Assembly (NCBI RefSeq): GCF_023055435.1
Contig: NW_025964024.1
Location: 1,984,001 to 2,048,000 of the forward strand
Length of the DNA stretch: 64,000 nucleotides
Source: Haliotis rufescens
Lineage: Eukaryota
Direction of reading: 5' to 3'
In this document: positions 48,291 through 61,561 of the stretch, piece by piece
Layout: each line of letters begins with the position of its first letter
How positions within the stretch are numbered: position 1 is the stretch's first letter
Program-made: the position numbers and the translations under genes
The notes under the pieces: model-generated
Seen by the model: only the letters and a program-made list of their open reading frames with translations
Told to the model about the DNA's origin: nothing
The model's database searches: none

Positions 48291-51200
48291 AATAATTGTA
48301 TTATACATATTGGGAGTCCAGTAACAGGAAATCTTCACTAGACAGCTAGACTAATCCAGCATGGTATAGAACCTCTGATCTCACATTACATCTCACATTA
48401 CATCAAGACCAGCTGCTGTGTAAAGATCATTCAACCCTGGCTATCCAACCTCGTCCTGTTTTGGCAGCTTGACGACTGTTGTTGCGAGCTGGATATTATG
48501 AAGAGGAGTTATTCTCCATTCTTTAAAAATAATGGAGCAGAGGCCCATTATTTTTAAGGGATGGAGAGTTACGAGGATATTCCCCTACTTAAAACTCCTC
48601 CCTACTTTAACACTTTGACAAAATATCTGTTGTGGAAAATATTTTAAAAATAAACCCGACCTCTTTGTTCACTGTATTTATACCTTGTGAATCGCCCTTG
48701 CGTCATGCACGAGGAACACGTTCTCTGTCGCTGTTTCTCGTGCACCAAGCTTCGTCGCGAGATGACATTTACAATGCATGGTACATGGCTCTTCATAATT
48801 TCGTTGGGTCCTAAACACATCCTAGGGAATAATAGGAAATATAGAGCCCCGAACAAGGATATATATTACCTCTAATTGCTATAAATATGAACATTGTTGT
48901 AGGTAACCTGCTCTAACACAAAATATAAACATATTATTTGGAGCTTTTAAGCATTATGTAAAATTATGAAAATATGTAATAGTCAATTTTACACCATACC
49001 TTCATGGACCGCCGTAGCTGAGGTTGACAATTGCACGTCCTCAAATCAAACGATGCGGGATCGAAACTCGCTGCCGACACATGAAATTAATCACTTGTCA
49101 ATAAATGAAAAAAAATAGTTCTGTCGATTCCAAGTGGAAATGACTTCATATGTTGGTTCAGGATAATGTATAGTTGAAAAACAACTCTCAATTATTGAAA
49201 AATAATGGAGCGTTCAAACAATAGAATGTGTTTTAATATCTCTAGTGCTATTACCAATGGCATTGTACTGCCACTATCTTCTACGGAAGCCTTCTAGGAC
49301 CTTTTTTTTATTATTTTCTTGAAATTCCAGCTAATCTATCTTGAAATTGAATACTAACTTGATAATTCAAGATGTTATGTAGAAATTTCAAAGTACATAC
49401 TAAGTTGAAACTTCAAGATAATGATCTTGAAATTTCAACTTATGTATCTTGACATTTCCACATAGCATCTTGAAATTTCTCAACTTAGCATCTTGAAACT
49501 CCAACACAGCATCTTGAAATTTCAACTTATTATCGTGTTTCAATGGAATGTTGGTATTATCATGCTAAAAGCTATTTAATGTTTAAGAAGTTGTAAAATA
49601 CGCAAATTTTAATGTAACTTATTATTTGCATAATTAATTAGGTACAAATTCACGTTGTTTCTATAAAATGTAAAATAAAGAAAGTCTTTCTCTCTGAAAC
49701 GGGTGACGAACGAAACTGTCTTCAAGTTCACTGTAAATCACGTGTGCATTTGATATGAGGCCATGCTGCCACACAAGCCCAATCCTACAGATCGGCAAAT
49801 CCTGACATCACGTTTCCAGCCGGTTGCCTGATTCTACCAGGCATCGTTGTGGTTTAATCATTGCTGACAATCACCTTCGCTGATCAGGCAAGTCTCCGCT
49901 ACCCGTGCCCCGGGCAATGGCAGTCTCCAAGGAGTCGTGTTATCGGTGACAAACCTCGCCGCGCCAGCCGTGGACAGATGTGTGAGGGAAGGGACATAAC
50001 TCCTGCTGGCTTCGTGCATTGTTTCACCTGACTGTCGACATAGGGAGTCCACTAACACACCTTGTGTGACGAGCTGTGATTGACAGTCAGCTGTGGGGAC
50101 AGATGTGGGACGGGACGTGATTTGGGGGATCTGCCTCACCTAGGACAACAGGTTAATTGGGCGGAAGGCAAGAGTAGAACTTGTTATTGTTAACGATCTC
50201 GTCTAATTCACCATTTTCCTGTGAGGGAAGTCATGTTTAGAATAAGAGATTGTTTATACATGTGTGTTCATTTCAACGAAAATTATTTTACTCTAATAGA
50301 TGATCAACTATATGTCTGTCTGTGATCCGGTTTGAGTAAACAGGTGAAATCACAAAATATCGACAGCTAGACCATCCCTTGTCCCACCAAACACGTCGTA
50401 CGTGTACTGTAGTGATGTTCCATAGTTCAACAATATATTATTCAAATGAATTTCTCAAAACGTTGGCAAGTTTTAATTCGATTTTAATCAGCTGAATGTA
50501 ATATGGCACTGTTTTTTAAGCATAGACGGCCACACGATTTAACCTTCAAACGCAGTATTTCCATGCCAAACAATATGAGTATGATTAAGGTGGAATGTAC
50601 ACGAAAGCATTTTAGGACCATTTTTTTATTGAAATTTCAAGATACTAAGTTGAAATTTGAAGACATATACGAAGTTAAAATTTCAAGATAATGATCTTGA
50701 AATTAAAAGATAATAAGTTGAAATTTTAACTGAGTATCTTGAAATTTCAACTCAGTATCTTGAAATTTTAAGAAAAAATGAAACAACAAATGGCCCTTCC
50801 GTAAATGTATCCTTTGTAATAAATTCATATCTTGGGTCATAACAAATATTGGCTTACGATCATGGAGACGATATTAGATGAGATGAGATGAGTTTGTATT
50901 ACAGATTAACTTATGTAGACATAATTACTTTAAATATTGGTGTGCAAAGGATAAGGTCGGAGTGGGCCTTCCCTTTACATACAGTATTGTAATCTAAGTC
51001 CAAAAACAAGCACGTGTTGAAATGAACGAAGTCTAGATTTCATTAATTTGAAGACATTTCATAACTTTCATAACTGTTCATTAATGCTCATTAAAATGGT
51101 CTTCAATTATGCAGATCCTGTTGGCAATGAGACCCTTATCATGTCCTTCAAAAATTGATTCATACGATCTGCGGAATATCATTATGAGACATTGTGTAAT

Positions 51201-51331
51201 AACTTAAAAAACAGGCTAGGTTCGAATAGCCTGGCTATGTTTTAAAAATATAAATAACGTCATGTTTACTCATTTCATATAAATGTATAAAACTATAATT
51301 AATTTGCAATTAAGGGAGAGAAAAAAGTATC

Positions 51332-51403
51332 CTCCCCGGCCGGGAATTGAACCCGGGTCTCCCGCGTGACAGGCGGGGATACTGACCACTATACTACCGA
51401 GGA
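51332..51403 (-). tRNA. tRNA-Asp (GTC)
   Basis: TCCTCGGTAGTATAGTGGTCAGTATCCCCGCCTGTCACGCGGGAGACCCGGGTTCAATTCCCGGCCGGGGAG, a 72-nt canonical cloverleaf; T6 Pol III terminator at 51321-51326. Confidence 0.97.
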
Positions 51404-53019
51404 TCTGATTGAGAGGGATGAAATTCTAATATTTAATCAGATTGAGATATTAGAGCGTGAGTAAATATGAAGCAGGTTGTTTCGTTGATTGAATGAAAAA
51501 CAAATTTATGCATACGAGTTTATAAATGTAACATGTCTACAACTTACGGTACTTCAACGCTACCGTATTGCGAAGGCAATGTCGTAAACTCCATGCAGGG
51601 GTAATAGCTTGTCTAAGCGCTGCGTGGTTGCATGTGGTGGCGTGGAGCTTGGATCCTCATTGTCGCATTCGAAGACTGGTTCGCCTGTCCTTAGAGCGCT
51701 TGCGCTCATCGACGCACTACTTTGTGCAGTAACAAGGACAGGGTACCAGTCTAACCGAATTCGCTTCTTTCCGTAAACAAGTCGGCTCTTAAATTATAAT
51801 TTCAATAATTTCGGCCATCCTCGCCCCTTTCCGTAACCGCAAAAAAGAATTCACGATATGTGTAGGCGTATCTTCATGTGTCTTGAAAATAAACAAAGAA
51901 TATGAACGTATCTTTCAAGCGAGTATTGTATTGTTAAAGTTAAGTGGCCTACTGGCGTCGTACCCAATACTGTTAAAATATTTAGTGAAACATATATTGT
52001 CAACGATATGATCATTAGACAGTTTTCCAGGTTAATCCGCTTATTTGTAACAAATCTGCACTCCTAAAATATGAGTGATATGTTCTCTTGTTCTTCTTCG
52101 TAGAGTGTACATGTCAACTAACTGCAATTTATCCATCTTTGGATTGTGAACAAGAGTTGAGAGAGCCAGTGTTTTAATAACTGTAATTGTTCCAATGACT
52201 GTTAATTTTTTCTTTCTCCAACTATATTTTATTTTTTAAATTCTTATGATTTTATTTGATTAGAATGGTGAAAAAATGTTGTAAGTTTGGTTACAATTAT
52301 AATTGCTACATCAAATACGTACAATAAAAAGAATTCTTTTCTTTTTTCAACTTGATAATGCTATATTATTATTTTTCTGGTGTTAATCGCCCACGAATCC
52401 TTTAGATATGCATTAATCTTTGTCCCTAATGATTCGAATTCTCAACATACCAGTCTTACTTTAAGTCTTCACATTGTTTCCTTTAACACACTGCCTTGGA
52501 ACCGATCCATGGGTATGGTCTTGTCTACATTCGTCTTAAAACCTGGCATTCTAAAGAATTTATTTAATACATCTGTAGAGGCACAGTGCCGTCTAAAATA
52601 CCTCTGTATCACAACCGATTTGTCCATATTTGTATGCAACATCATGTAGAATACAGAAAATAATTATTTTCTAGGCGTTGAATATTATATATTTAATGTA
52701 AACGCGCTCGAAATAAGGACAGGTATTCCGTCCAAACCTGGTTGGTTAGTTTGGTGATTTGTTTTCCTTAAAAAGTACACGTCATGTGTGCATTATGAAC
52801 ATTTTAGCAAGTACGTCATCTTTATGTTTAGATCTAGTGGTTGCAAACACATGGCGACATTCAAGTATATTGTGAACATTGAGAATACAAATAATACTCA
52901 TAGAATGTTGAACAGTTAAATTCTTTCATGTTACTATAGTGTTAGTCTGTCATGTCAAACAGATTAACTACAGTAACAGGAAATAATCGGGTGTTCTTTA
53001 ACTTCTTTGCCTAGTATAA

Positions 53020-53200
53020 GTCTGAATAAAATTATCAAATGTGACATTTGTGATATATAGCGTATATCGTGAAGAGTAGTATACGTCTGAATAAAATTAT
53101 CAAATGTGACATTAGTGATATATAGCGTATATCGTGCAGAGAAATATACGTCTGAATAAAATTATCAAATGTGACATTTGTGATATATAGTGTATATCGT
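53020..53200. repeat. 65-bp tandem repeat x ~3
   Basis: GTCTGAATAAAATTATCAAATGTGACATT... occurs at 53020, 53085 and 53150. Confidence 0.9.
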
Positions 53201-53596
53201 GCCGAGAAGGCCATGGCGTGTATATTTCGTATGCCCATACTTATCCACAGAAGAGTAACTGACTGTTTACTCTCAAGGTCAAGGACTGAGGGAGGCAGAC
53301 GATATTACAATAATAAACCTATGAAATTGATTTTACTGCACTTAAAATACAAGTTGTGTATTTTCATGATTTGAGTGCAGTTCTGAAATGTGTATTTTAA
53401 GGGCAAAAGGGCATGAATTTTATAAGTACAAGTTATATGGTATAAGTTCAAGTCATCATTTAATTGCCAAACTTTTATGGCTGCTTTTTATCCCTTTATC
53501 CGGTAGATGTCGATACAAACAACTATTAAGAAGTTGTTGTTATCTAGAAAATATTCATGTTGTCATCTTCTTTCAACTTTTAATTGTTAATCAAAG

Positions 53597-53748
53597 CTGA
53601 CTTGTCATCGATCCCAATTACGTGGATCGATGGATCGATGATCATGATGTCAATCACTGGATTGTGTGGTCCAGACTCGATTATTTTACAGACCGCCTTC
53701 ATATAGTTGGATTATTGCTGAGTGCGGCGTTAAACATCAAACAAACAA
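53597..53748 (+). mobile_element. SINE family C, 3' part
   Basis: Homology to the other family C copies. Confidence 0.75.
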
Positions 53749-54796
53749 CTTAATAAAATTTTGAATGATTGCCACATTCGTGAGTTATTTTATTAACGGC
53801 TCGCATACCACATGTCCACAGTAGAGTAGCCTCCCTTACACTGCCCCAATTTATCTTGCGTACGTGCAGGGCCGCATGTGTCATTTCATATAATGAGGTT
53901 CTGAGTGGAGTCGTCTGGCTTTCCCCTTAGCCTCTCTAAGGGGAATAGCAACGAAAGTAGACATCATGCTGTTGATCTAGATAGACTATACATATAGTAC
54001 ATTATGAGTTATCGAACGAGACAGATCATCATTGTTGGTACCGAGCGGGATGTCTTGCTTTCCTTGATGTTTTGCTGTGTAAAAAGGGCTAAGTCCAAAT
54101 TCCGTTTATGTTTCCTTTCTTACTTACTTTATGTTATATGGTAGTATTTATTTGATTTTGGAAAACAAATCCACATGTTTAGTTTATTAATGTAATAATG
54201 TAGCTTCCGCGTCTTAAACATGTTATTCCAAGCGCCCCCCGAATAAACATAAATTCAGAATTTACATAAAGGCGACGCAGCGCAAAGACTATCCAGACCC
54301 AGTCACTTGAGTGAGAATGAGTAAAAATATAACGTTGCATCGGGTATATTTCAGCTATATCAAGATTGTGAACACGTCAACGAAGGGCATAACCATAGAG
54401 AATAAATTAATATTGTATCTATCTCAAGTCTAGAATTATTTGGCAAGTCTAGATTGCCTCAGAGCTTTCTTGCTCTTAATAACAAGTGAAGACAATAGAT
54501 ACAGCTTGGATATTGTACAATGCTCTTCAGGCTGTCTTTTACAGGTTAGTTCACAGGCAATATCTGACGCACCACATACAGTACTTGACTGCTGTTATCA
54601 TTAAATAATACTGATTTTCGCCATGAACACTTATAGCGTCTCTTTTTGAGGTCTGGGTTCATACTTGCTTCCCTTCCACGACACTCATATAAACTTGAAG
54701 ACGTATTTTTCACAATGAAACGCGACGATTCAAAGCATTATCTGTGGTGTCACTTCAGTACTACATTTTATGTATGTGTTGTGCAGTCACGAATTA

Positions 54797-54969
54797 CAGT
54801 AAACTACGGTTATAACGAACTCAAAGGGACTACTTTCTAGTTCGTTATAACCGTAATTCGCTATAAGCATATATACAGCATACCTACAGCAAATAGTCGG
54901 GACTAAAAAGTTAGTTCGTTATATCCGTCAGTTCGTTATAAGCGTGTTCGTTATAACCGTAGTTTACTG
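54797..54969. mobile_element. MITE, same family as 45782-45957
   Basis: TIR CAGTAAACTACGGTTATAACGAAC at both ends. Confidence 0.9.
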
Positions 54970-55399
54970 AGACTTTGAGAACTGGAGTCAAATTTTCTTC
55001 AAGTCAAGTAGACTCCTCCTGTTTGAAGACAACCCGGAAACATCCCCACGTATGATGCAAATGCACCTTTTAGATTTGAGAGAAATATTCAATGATTTAG
55101 ATCTTCGTAGGTGTTTAAGTTAGATCATTGTGGACACGCCATAAGCTTCTGAAACATTGATGCGAAATTTGACTTAAACCAAATACACTGGAAACTCGGA
55201 CACAGTATACTGACTCTTTTAACGTCGAACCACCGATCTTCCTCTCCCCACGGAGACACTCATTAGCCCTAGACCAAGGAGAGTAAGGACGGTGAAACAG
55301 AAATATGAACGGCAGGGATTTGTTAGATTGCTACCCCAACTAATCATACACTGATTAAGGGAAACATATGTATATATTTTGGCAACACGTCATTGCAAG

Positions 55400-55695
55400 G
55401 CATCGGTTCAATCCCCGGCCGCGTCATACTAAAAGACGTTGAAAGATGGTACTTGCTGTTGACCTGTCTGGTGCTCGGCATTAAGGGGCTAAAACAAGGA
55501 CAGGTCGGCTCGGAGTCAGTGTACTTAGCTGGGTATTCATGTTAAACTGCGGCATGGTATCTCAGTGGGCTAGCACTAAAATTGGCATCAGTCCGGACTA
55601 GCACACACACACAGACACACACACACACACGTCGCTATATAAGTGAAATAATCTTGGACACGACGTTAAACCCTATTTAATCTCACTTCACCTCC
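55400..55695 (+). mobile_element. SINE family B (5'-truncated)
   Basis: Reverse-complement match to 60829-61180; internal (CA)n. Confidence 0.82.
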
Positions 55696-58633
55696 TATCC
55701 CACATCTGGCACTTGGGTGTCCAGGTTTGATAGTTCACAGCAACAGTATGCTGGTCGTAAGAGGCAGTCAGGCTCGGTAACCTGGTTGACAACAGCGTGG
55801 ATTGTTGCTCACAATATCGATCACTGGATTGCCTGGCCCAGACTCGATTATGTCCGGGCCGGATTCATAGAGACTGTAAGTTTGTTATCAGATCCTAAAC
55901 ACAAAAATAAGCGCGTAACTTGTCCCATCAGTTTTTACGCGTTTAGGGCCTGAACATGTGGGAATATTGCTTAGTGGCCTTAAGCAACAAACAAAAAACA
56001 TCTGGCACCTCTAATGAATGGTTCGTCCTGCTGAAAATGACCCAACAGTCTGTGGTGTCAACGCAATGACCTCAACCAACACTTGTCACAGTTTGAAGAA
56101 TTTGAGAGCATCATTCTTACACAATTTAGGTCAATAAATGATCAGTTCCATTAAATCAATACTGGTCTAAAAATGTATTCCAAGCATTCTTTAAATGAAT
56201 AGTTCTTCGAGGAATTCGAACGATACAATGGCTTTCGCGGGTCCTTCCCCTATTAGGCCGTCAGATGTGGCGTTCTGATATTAAGAGGGGCGTCGATAAA
56301 ACATCATGGCCAGGAATACATATGACAAGCAAGCTTTCATAATTGTAGATTTATTGTTTGAATTAGTGTAGACCTCTGCTGACTTGATTCTCGTCGCGGG
56401 ATCGATTTGTCACGTGACTATGACTCATGCGAACCGTTTCTGGTGGTAACGTCATTGGTTGCCCAGCAACAGAAACGGAAAACCAACTCGGGCGCCCTGA
56501 CAGCATGTCAATATTTTCCTCATCCGCAACTAAAACGTAGTCAAATATGAATGCGGAAAATGTATTTGTTTTCTTAGTGAATTCTGAAAACGAATGACCT
56601 TAGATGTATATACATATACACGCAGCGCGTCGTTGGCAGCAAACACATTGAGGAGGAAATTGTCGCACAATATTTTTTTTATGCAAGAGACAACACGTTC
56701 CACATGTTAACCCAGCATAGTTACGACACAATTAATGGGGAGACGAGAATTATCAAACATCCGGTATTTTTTCATCACTTTTATCATTTCTTTTTGACCT
56801 GCCATTTTATAATTACGTTATTTTAACAGAAATATCCATTTTGTCATAACAACTCGCCCTCATGGATAAATTCAATTGTAATCCTTGACTATTGACGCAA
56901 GGACCTAGATTATCGGTGTGTTGCTTGATGAAAGAAGACAGCATCGTCTCCCTCATCATCATCATCGTCATCATCATCATCATCATCATCGTCGTCGTCG
57001 TTTTTATGCTTTAAGATCGCTCACTACGTTACATGACAAACAATACACAAATCATGGCGGCAGTTTATATTCCCAAGTTTAGATATTGACGTAGAGTTTT
57101 AATATTATATATTTTGTTTTCTCTCTAATATCTGTGGTAATTTATCGAAATTGGCCCGAAGATGAAAATTGCCATTAACGTTTCTTTCTGCATCACATGC
57201 GTACAAAACCGTAAAGATATGCATCTCCAATACAGGCGTTACACAGCTGCGCGTATAAATATTCTCTCTGATCACAACAATATTATCCACAGCCATGTTT
57301 GACTGACATGATGGATGGTATGTTGTATTTCAGTTGTAAAGGGTGAAATACATTTAAACCTGAGTTTACCAAACTTTTCCTGGTTGTATTTATAACAGCT
57401 GATAGGTTCTACTAGATAAGGCAGTTATAAAAAGCCTCACTGGGGTTTAGTACAATACAAGTGTTATGACAGGTTTACTGACGAACACCTAGGAACGGCG
57501 TGTATCATGATTTACTACAGGTTCGCCATCGTTGTGGCGGGAGGGTAGCCTTGTGGTTCAGACGTTCGCCATTATCGCATAAGGCCTGGGTTCGAGGCCA
57601 CACATGGCCAGGGTGTGTGAAACTCATTTCTGATGTCACCCGCCTGTAATATTGTTGGAACAACTGTAAATGTGGCGTAAAACAAAAATTATAAACAAGT
57701 TTCATCCGAGGACATCATTCTGTATTGCATGTGACAATTTAGAGTTACCTCCCTTCGTCCGTACATCGACGACTTGCCGTAGGACTCCGGTAATGTCACA
57801 GCGTCACAGCAACACACAGATGGGCGGTGTTCAGTGAATGGATGCGATTCGCCGAACAAACATACCTTTGTTTGTCCAACCCTCCGAATTATGCCGTGTT
57901 GTTGTCACGACAACGGTAATAGTAGCTAACCCCAAACAGGAAGACATTTTCTGAATAATTATGCTGACATCATTTCAACAAAATTTAAATGGTTGAGATT
58001 TACATTACAATCGGTCATCATGTTTCTGTTTCTATTTTATGACTATTTCTCTGAATCGCAGGAGTCAATTGATGTTTCATGAGCATAATTCCATGTGTTG
58101 CCATGACGATATCTTATTCTTCACATAAATGTATGAGGTTGTCGGCAAAATAATTCGTTCAATACCAGCTTCAAGCGGAACTTTCTGTCGAGATACATAA
58201 CCCCATTAGCTACATTTATTCCTGATATTGAAGTCGTATTGATTCAGTAGATATCCATCATTAATATAACGCCGTCTTTATGTTGTAAACGTTCCAAGGC
58301 CTGCCATCATCGAATACTATTTGTATACTCTCCAAAAAGAGTACAGGATCATGAACTATTAATGTAGTGACAGGTCGTCGGAAGAAAGAGTGGCTTTGAA
58401 AAATGGCTGCAACAGAACCAAAACAAAACCTCACGCACCAAAACAACCGAAACTTGACACGTTGGCGATGCACTTCCTACATTGGGAGGGAGTCATTCTT
58501 GATTTTGACACTTCAATGAAATGTCGTCAAATAGCTCGGTGCCTTTTTACGAGTAATGATTTTTTTCATTATCCTAAGTAACATGTAAGCTCTCTAGTCT
58601 CCCTTTAATGCAGTATTTGTGATCAGATTGTGA

Positions 58634-58990
58634 ATGCATCGTCTACGTGATGAACGCCTAAGAGATATTTGCGTGCTTCATATGTTCACTGTGTCTCAGT
58701 CTGTGATTTGCAGACTTTGGAGCGGGTTTCTGCTGACCCAGAATCTGATCGGCTCTGCACAGCGCCCCCTAGGTCAACAACACCAGGATCGATTAATCGG
58801 AAATCAGGCTTTATGAAATCCAACCCAAGCAGTCAATCCTGTCGCTGTACACTTGCGCTGGGCCACCAGAGTGCAGGTTACTGACCAGATGATTTGAAAT
58901 CGTCTGCATGCTCGGCGACCACTTGTTGTACCACCGTTAACAAATCGACACATTCTCGCCGTTTTGCGGAATTGCAAAGCAAATTCGTGA
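58634..58990 (+). mobile_element. Degenerate Tc1-like transposase fragment (N-terminal HTH region)
   Basis: Across frames: VSQSVICRLW, PRSTT, RLHARRPLVVPPLTNRH. Confidence 0.6.
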
Positions 58991-59141
58991 ACACCTAAAA
59001 TTATTTGCTTAAACAACCCTTTGCGGAGCACAGGGAATGGTTAGATTATACACAGTCGTTGATCAGTTGATTTGCATCGTCACTCGATCTGAGGTATGGG
59101 TGTCAAGCTCTCCTTCTACTGTTCTTCGTCTACTGGCGACT

Positions 59142-59340
59142 ATGCTTGTCGTGAGAGGAGACTAACAGGATCGGGTTGTCAGGCTCGCTGACTTGGTTAA
59201 CGCATGTCATCGTATCCCAATTGCGTGGATCGATGCTCATGATGTCAATCACTGGATTGTGTGGTCCACACTTGATTATTTACAGACTGGCGTCATATAG
59301 CTGGAATATTGCTGAGTGCGGCGTTAAACAACAAACCAAA
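59142..59340 (+). mobile_element. SINE family C
   Basis: Homology to the other family C copies, with the tail intact. Confidence 0.8.
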
Positions 59341-59481
59341 CCTATTAAGTTGCCTTCGCTGTGCCCGTGGAAAGTCAGTCAAAGTGTGTTTCATACACGG
59401 AGTCACGCAGTCATGAATCGGTCTCTCACGTTGAATTTGCAATCTGACGTCGATTTCACATACCAAACACAAAGGTTAAGA

Positions 59482-59640
59482 TGAGTGAATGAGTATGGGT
59501 TTACGCCGCTTTGAGCATTATTCATGCATTTTCACGGCGGGGGACACCAGAAATGGACTTCACACATTGTACACATGTGAGGAATCGAACCCGGGTCTTC
59601 GGCGTGACCACGCTTTAACCACTAGGCTACCCCGCCGCCT
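59482..59640 (-). mobile_element. SINE family A
   Basis: Family A sequence; GGTTAAGAT on both flanks. Confidence 0.85.
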
Positions 59641-59899
59641 CTGGTTAAGATTAACGCTCTTACAATTCGAAATCTAATTGTTGGAATGGCCAGAGCTGGA
59701 ACAACATCAGTCGACAGTTCAACGACAGTGTGAGAACAGCCCAAAGATATGAAACAATCCTTTACAAATGACAATATTCGGTCACTCCCAAAAAGCGCCA
59801 AGACCGTCCTAAAAAGACCATAGTGCGCGATGCTCGTGCGTTGTACCGTCTTACAAGACGTAACGGACGTTTATCAGTATTTACACTGACGAACAGATG

Positions 59900-60370
59900 A
59901 GGAATTGATATTAACGTCAGATCTTACCGTCAAACAGTGAATCGCAGTTGGATTGCGAGGGAATCTGGGGTAAAACGCCCTGTCCGTCAACCGTTTTTGA
60001 CCATTTAACATACACGTTTGAGGTCACCGGAATGGGAGACTAAAACAATGGCGTCACGTCATCTTTACAGATGAATCACGTGGCCTGCTCCACAGGGTAC
60101 GCCGGGTGACTGGATGTTCAATGATGGTTGTGATGGAGGTCACGTCGCAGAGGCTGTGTCGTCGCGGACCTGTGGTTGCTTGGGGCGGAACCCATTATAA
60201 AGGCAAAGCAGTACTTTTTGTACTCAAGCACAGCGTCAATTAGCGGTCGTATACAGACGTGTTTGGGGGACACCTGTCTACCATATGCTCACGGGGTGTG
60301 TGGTAACCACTTCATTCTACAGGACGACAATGTTCGACCCCAAGAGCCAGGACTAGCCTTGCTCCATATC
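59900..60370 (+). mobile_element. Degenerate Tc1-like transposase fragment (catalytic region)
   Basis: WRHVIFTDES (~60049) and FILQDDNVRP (~60311) match the Tc1 DDE motifs 1 and 2. Confidence 0.7.
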
Positions 60371-60828
60371 TGTCCTGAATGATATAAGTCCATGGATGTA
60401 TGTTAATTCTATCCTTTTAGTAGGTCTAGGTCTATATATCCTGATAACTTATAAGTTTGGATGTTTTATGAGAGGACAACTTGTCCCTGTTATTCATATA
60501 ATCTACGAATTATTATTAAAGCTAAATAATAATTGTCTTAGTGACTTGTGCAAGTCTAAGTCAGGACCATTAATGACATTTAGTCTTTTTGCTAGTCGCT
60601 GAAATGAACATATTTTACAGATAAAAAAATAATTGTTGAATTATAGGTATGAAATATAATAAAAAGGAGCCAAGCGGCTTTCTTCATTCCCGATACTGCA
60701 GTTATCTAGACTTGCTAAATATTATAGACTTGCGTGGGTTGTATTGCATATATTTGTTTCAGGGTCTGTATGACAGATTAGCGGGCAGAGGGAGTTGACA
60801 CACCATGGCCCGCGTAAAACACTCATAT

Positions 60829-61180
60829 GAGGTGAGGTGAAATTGGTTTTAACGTCGCGTCCAAGATTATTGCACTTATATAGCGACGTTCATGCACGTG
60901 TGTGTGTGTGTGGCTGCTTGTACTAGTCCGGACTGATGCCGATTTATAGTGCTAGCTCACTGAGATACCATGCCGCAGTTTAACATGAATACCCCACTCA
61001 GACACAGTATACTGACTCCGAGCCGACCTGTCCTTGTTTTAGCCCCTTAATGCCGAGCGCCAGACAGGGTAACAACAAGTTCATCTTTTAACGTCTTTTG
61101 ATATGACGCGGCCGGGGATCAAACCCCGGACCTTCCGCTCTGCGGGCAGACGCTCTACCACTAGACCACGGAGGCGGTCA
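60829..61180 (-). mobile_element. SINE family B, full length
   Basis: tRNA-like head (GTGGTCTAGTGGTAGAGCG...GGGTTTGATCCCCGGCCGCGTC), internal (CA)n, (TCACC)n tail, and an imperfect ATATGAG-containing TSD. Confidence 0.85.
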
Positions 61181-61410
61181 CCCTTATATGAGTCCAATAT
61201 AGCATGCTTGTAGTTTGTACCGTCTTGAGCGTTCTGTCACGCAATACCAGAAAACAGTGTGGGCGATGATGCGCTGGGTCAGAGCATGAGACCAGATGGG
61301 CTTGTGACATGTTAGGCGCCTAATTGACAGTATGCCAAGACGGATCATCTCCCTTGTCGAGGCGCGTGATGGCGCAACACATTATTAAACTCTTTGATGC
61401 AGTAACTGAT

Positions 61411-61561
61411 GTGAGTGAGTATGGTTTTACGCCGCTTTTAGCAATATTCCAGAAATATCAAGGCGAGGGACACCAGCAATGGGCTTCACACATTGTACCC
61501 ATGTCGGGAATCGAACCCGGGTCTTCGGCGTGACGAGCGAACACTAGGCTACCCGACCGCC
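61411..61561 (-). mobile_element. SINE family A
   Basis: Family A sequence with a small internal deletion. Confidence 0.85.

Noticed and set aside
53921-53945. Perfect 10-bp hairpin TTCCCCTTAG/CTAAGGGGAA as a Helitron end or terminator
   Set aside because: No CTRR terminus at the expected distance and no other supporting element features.
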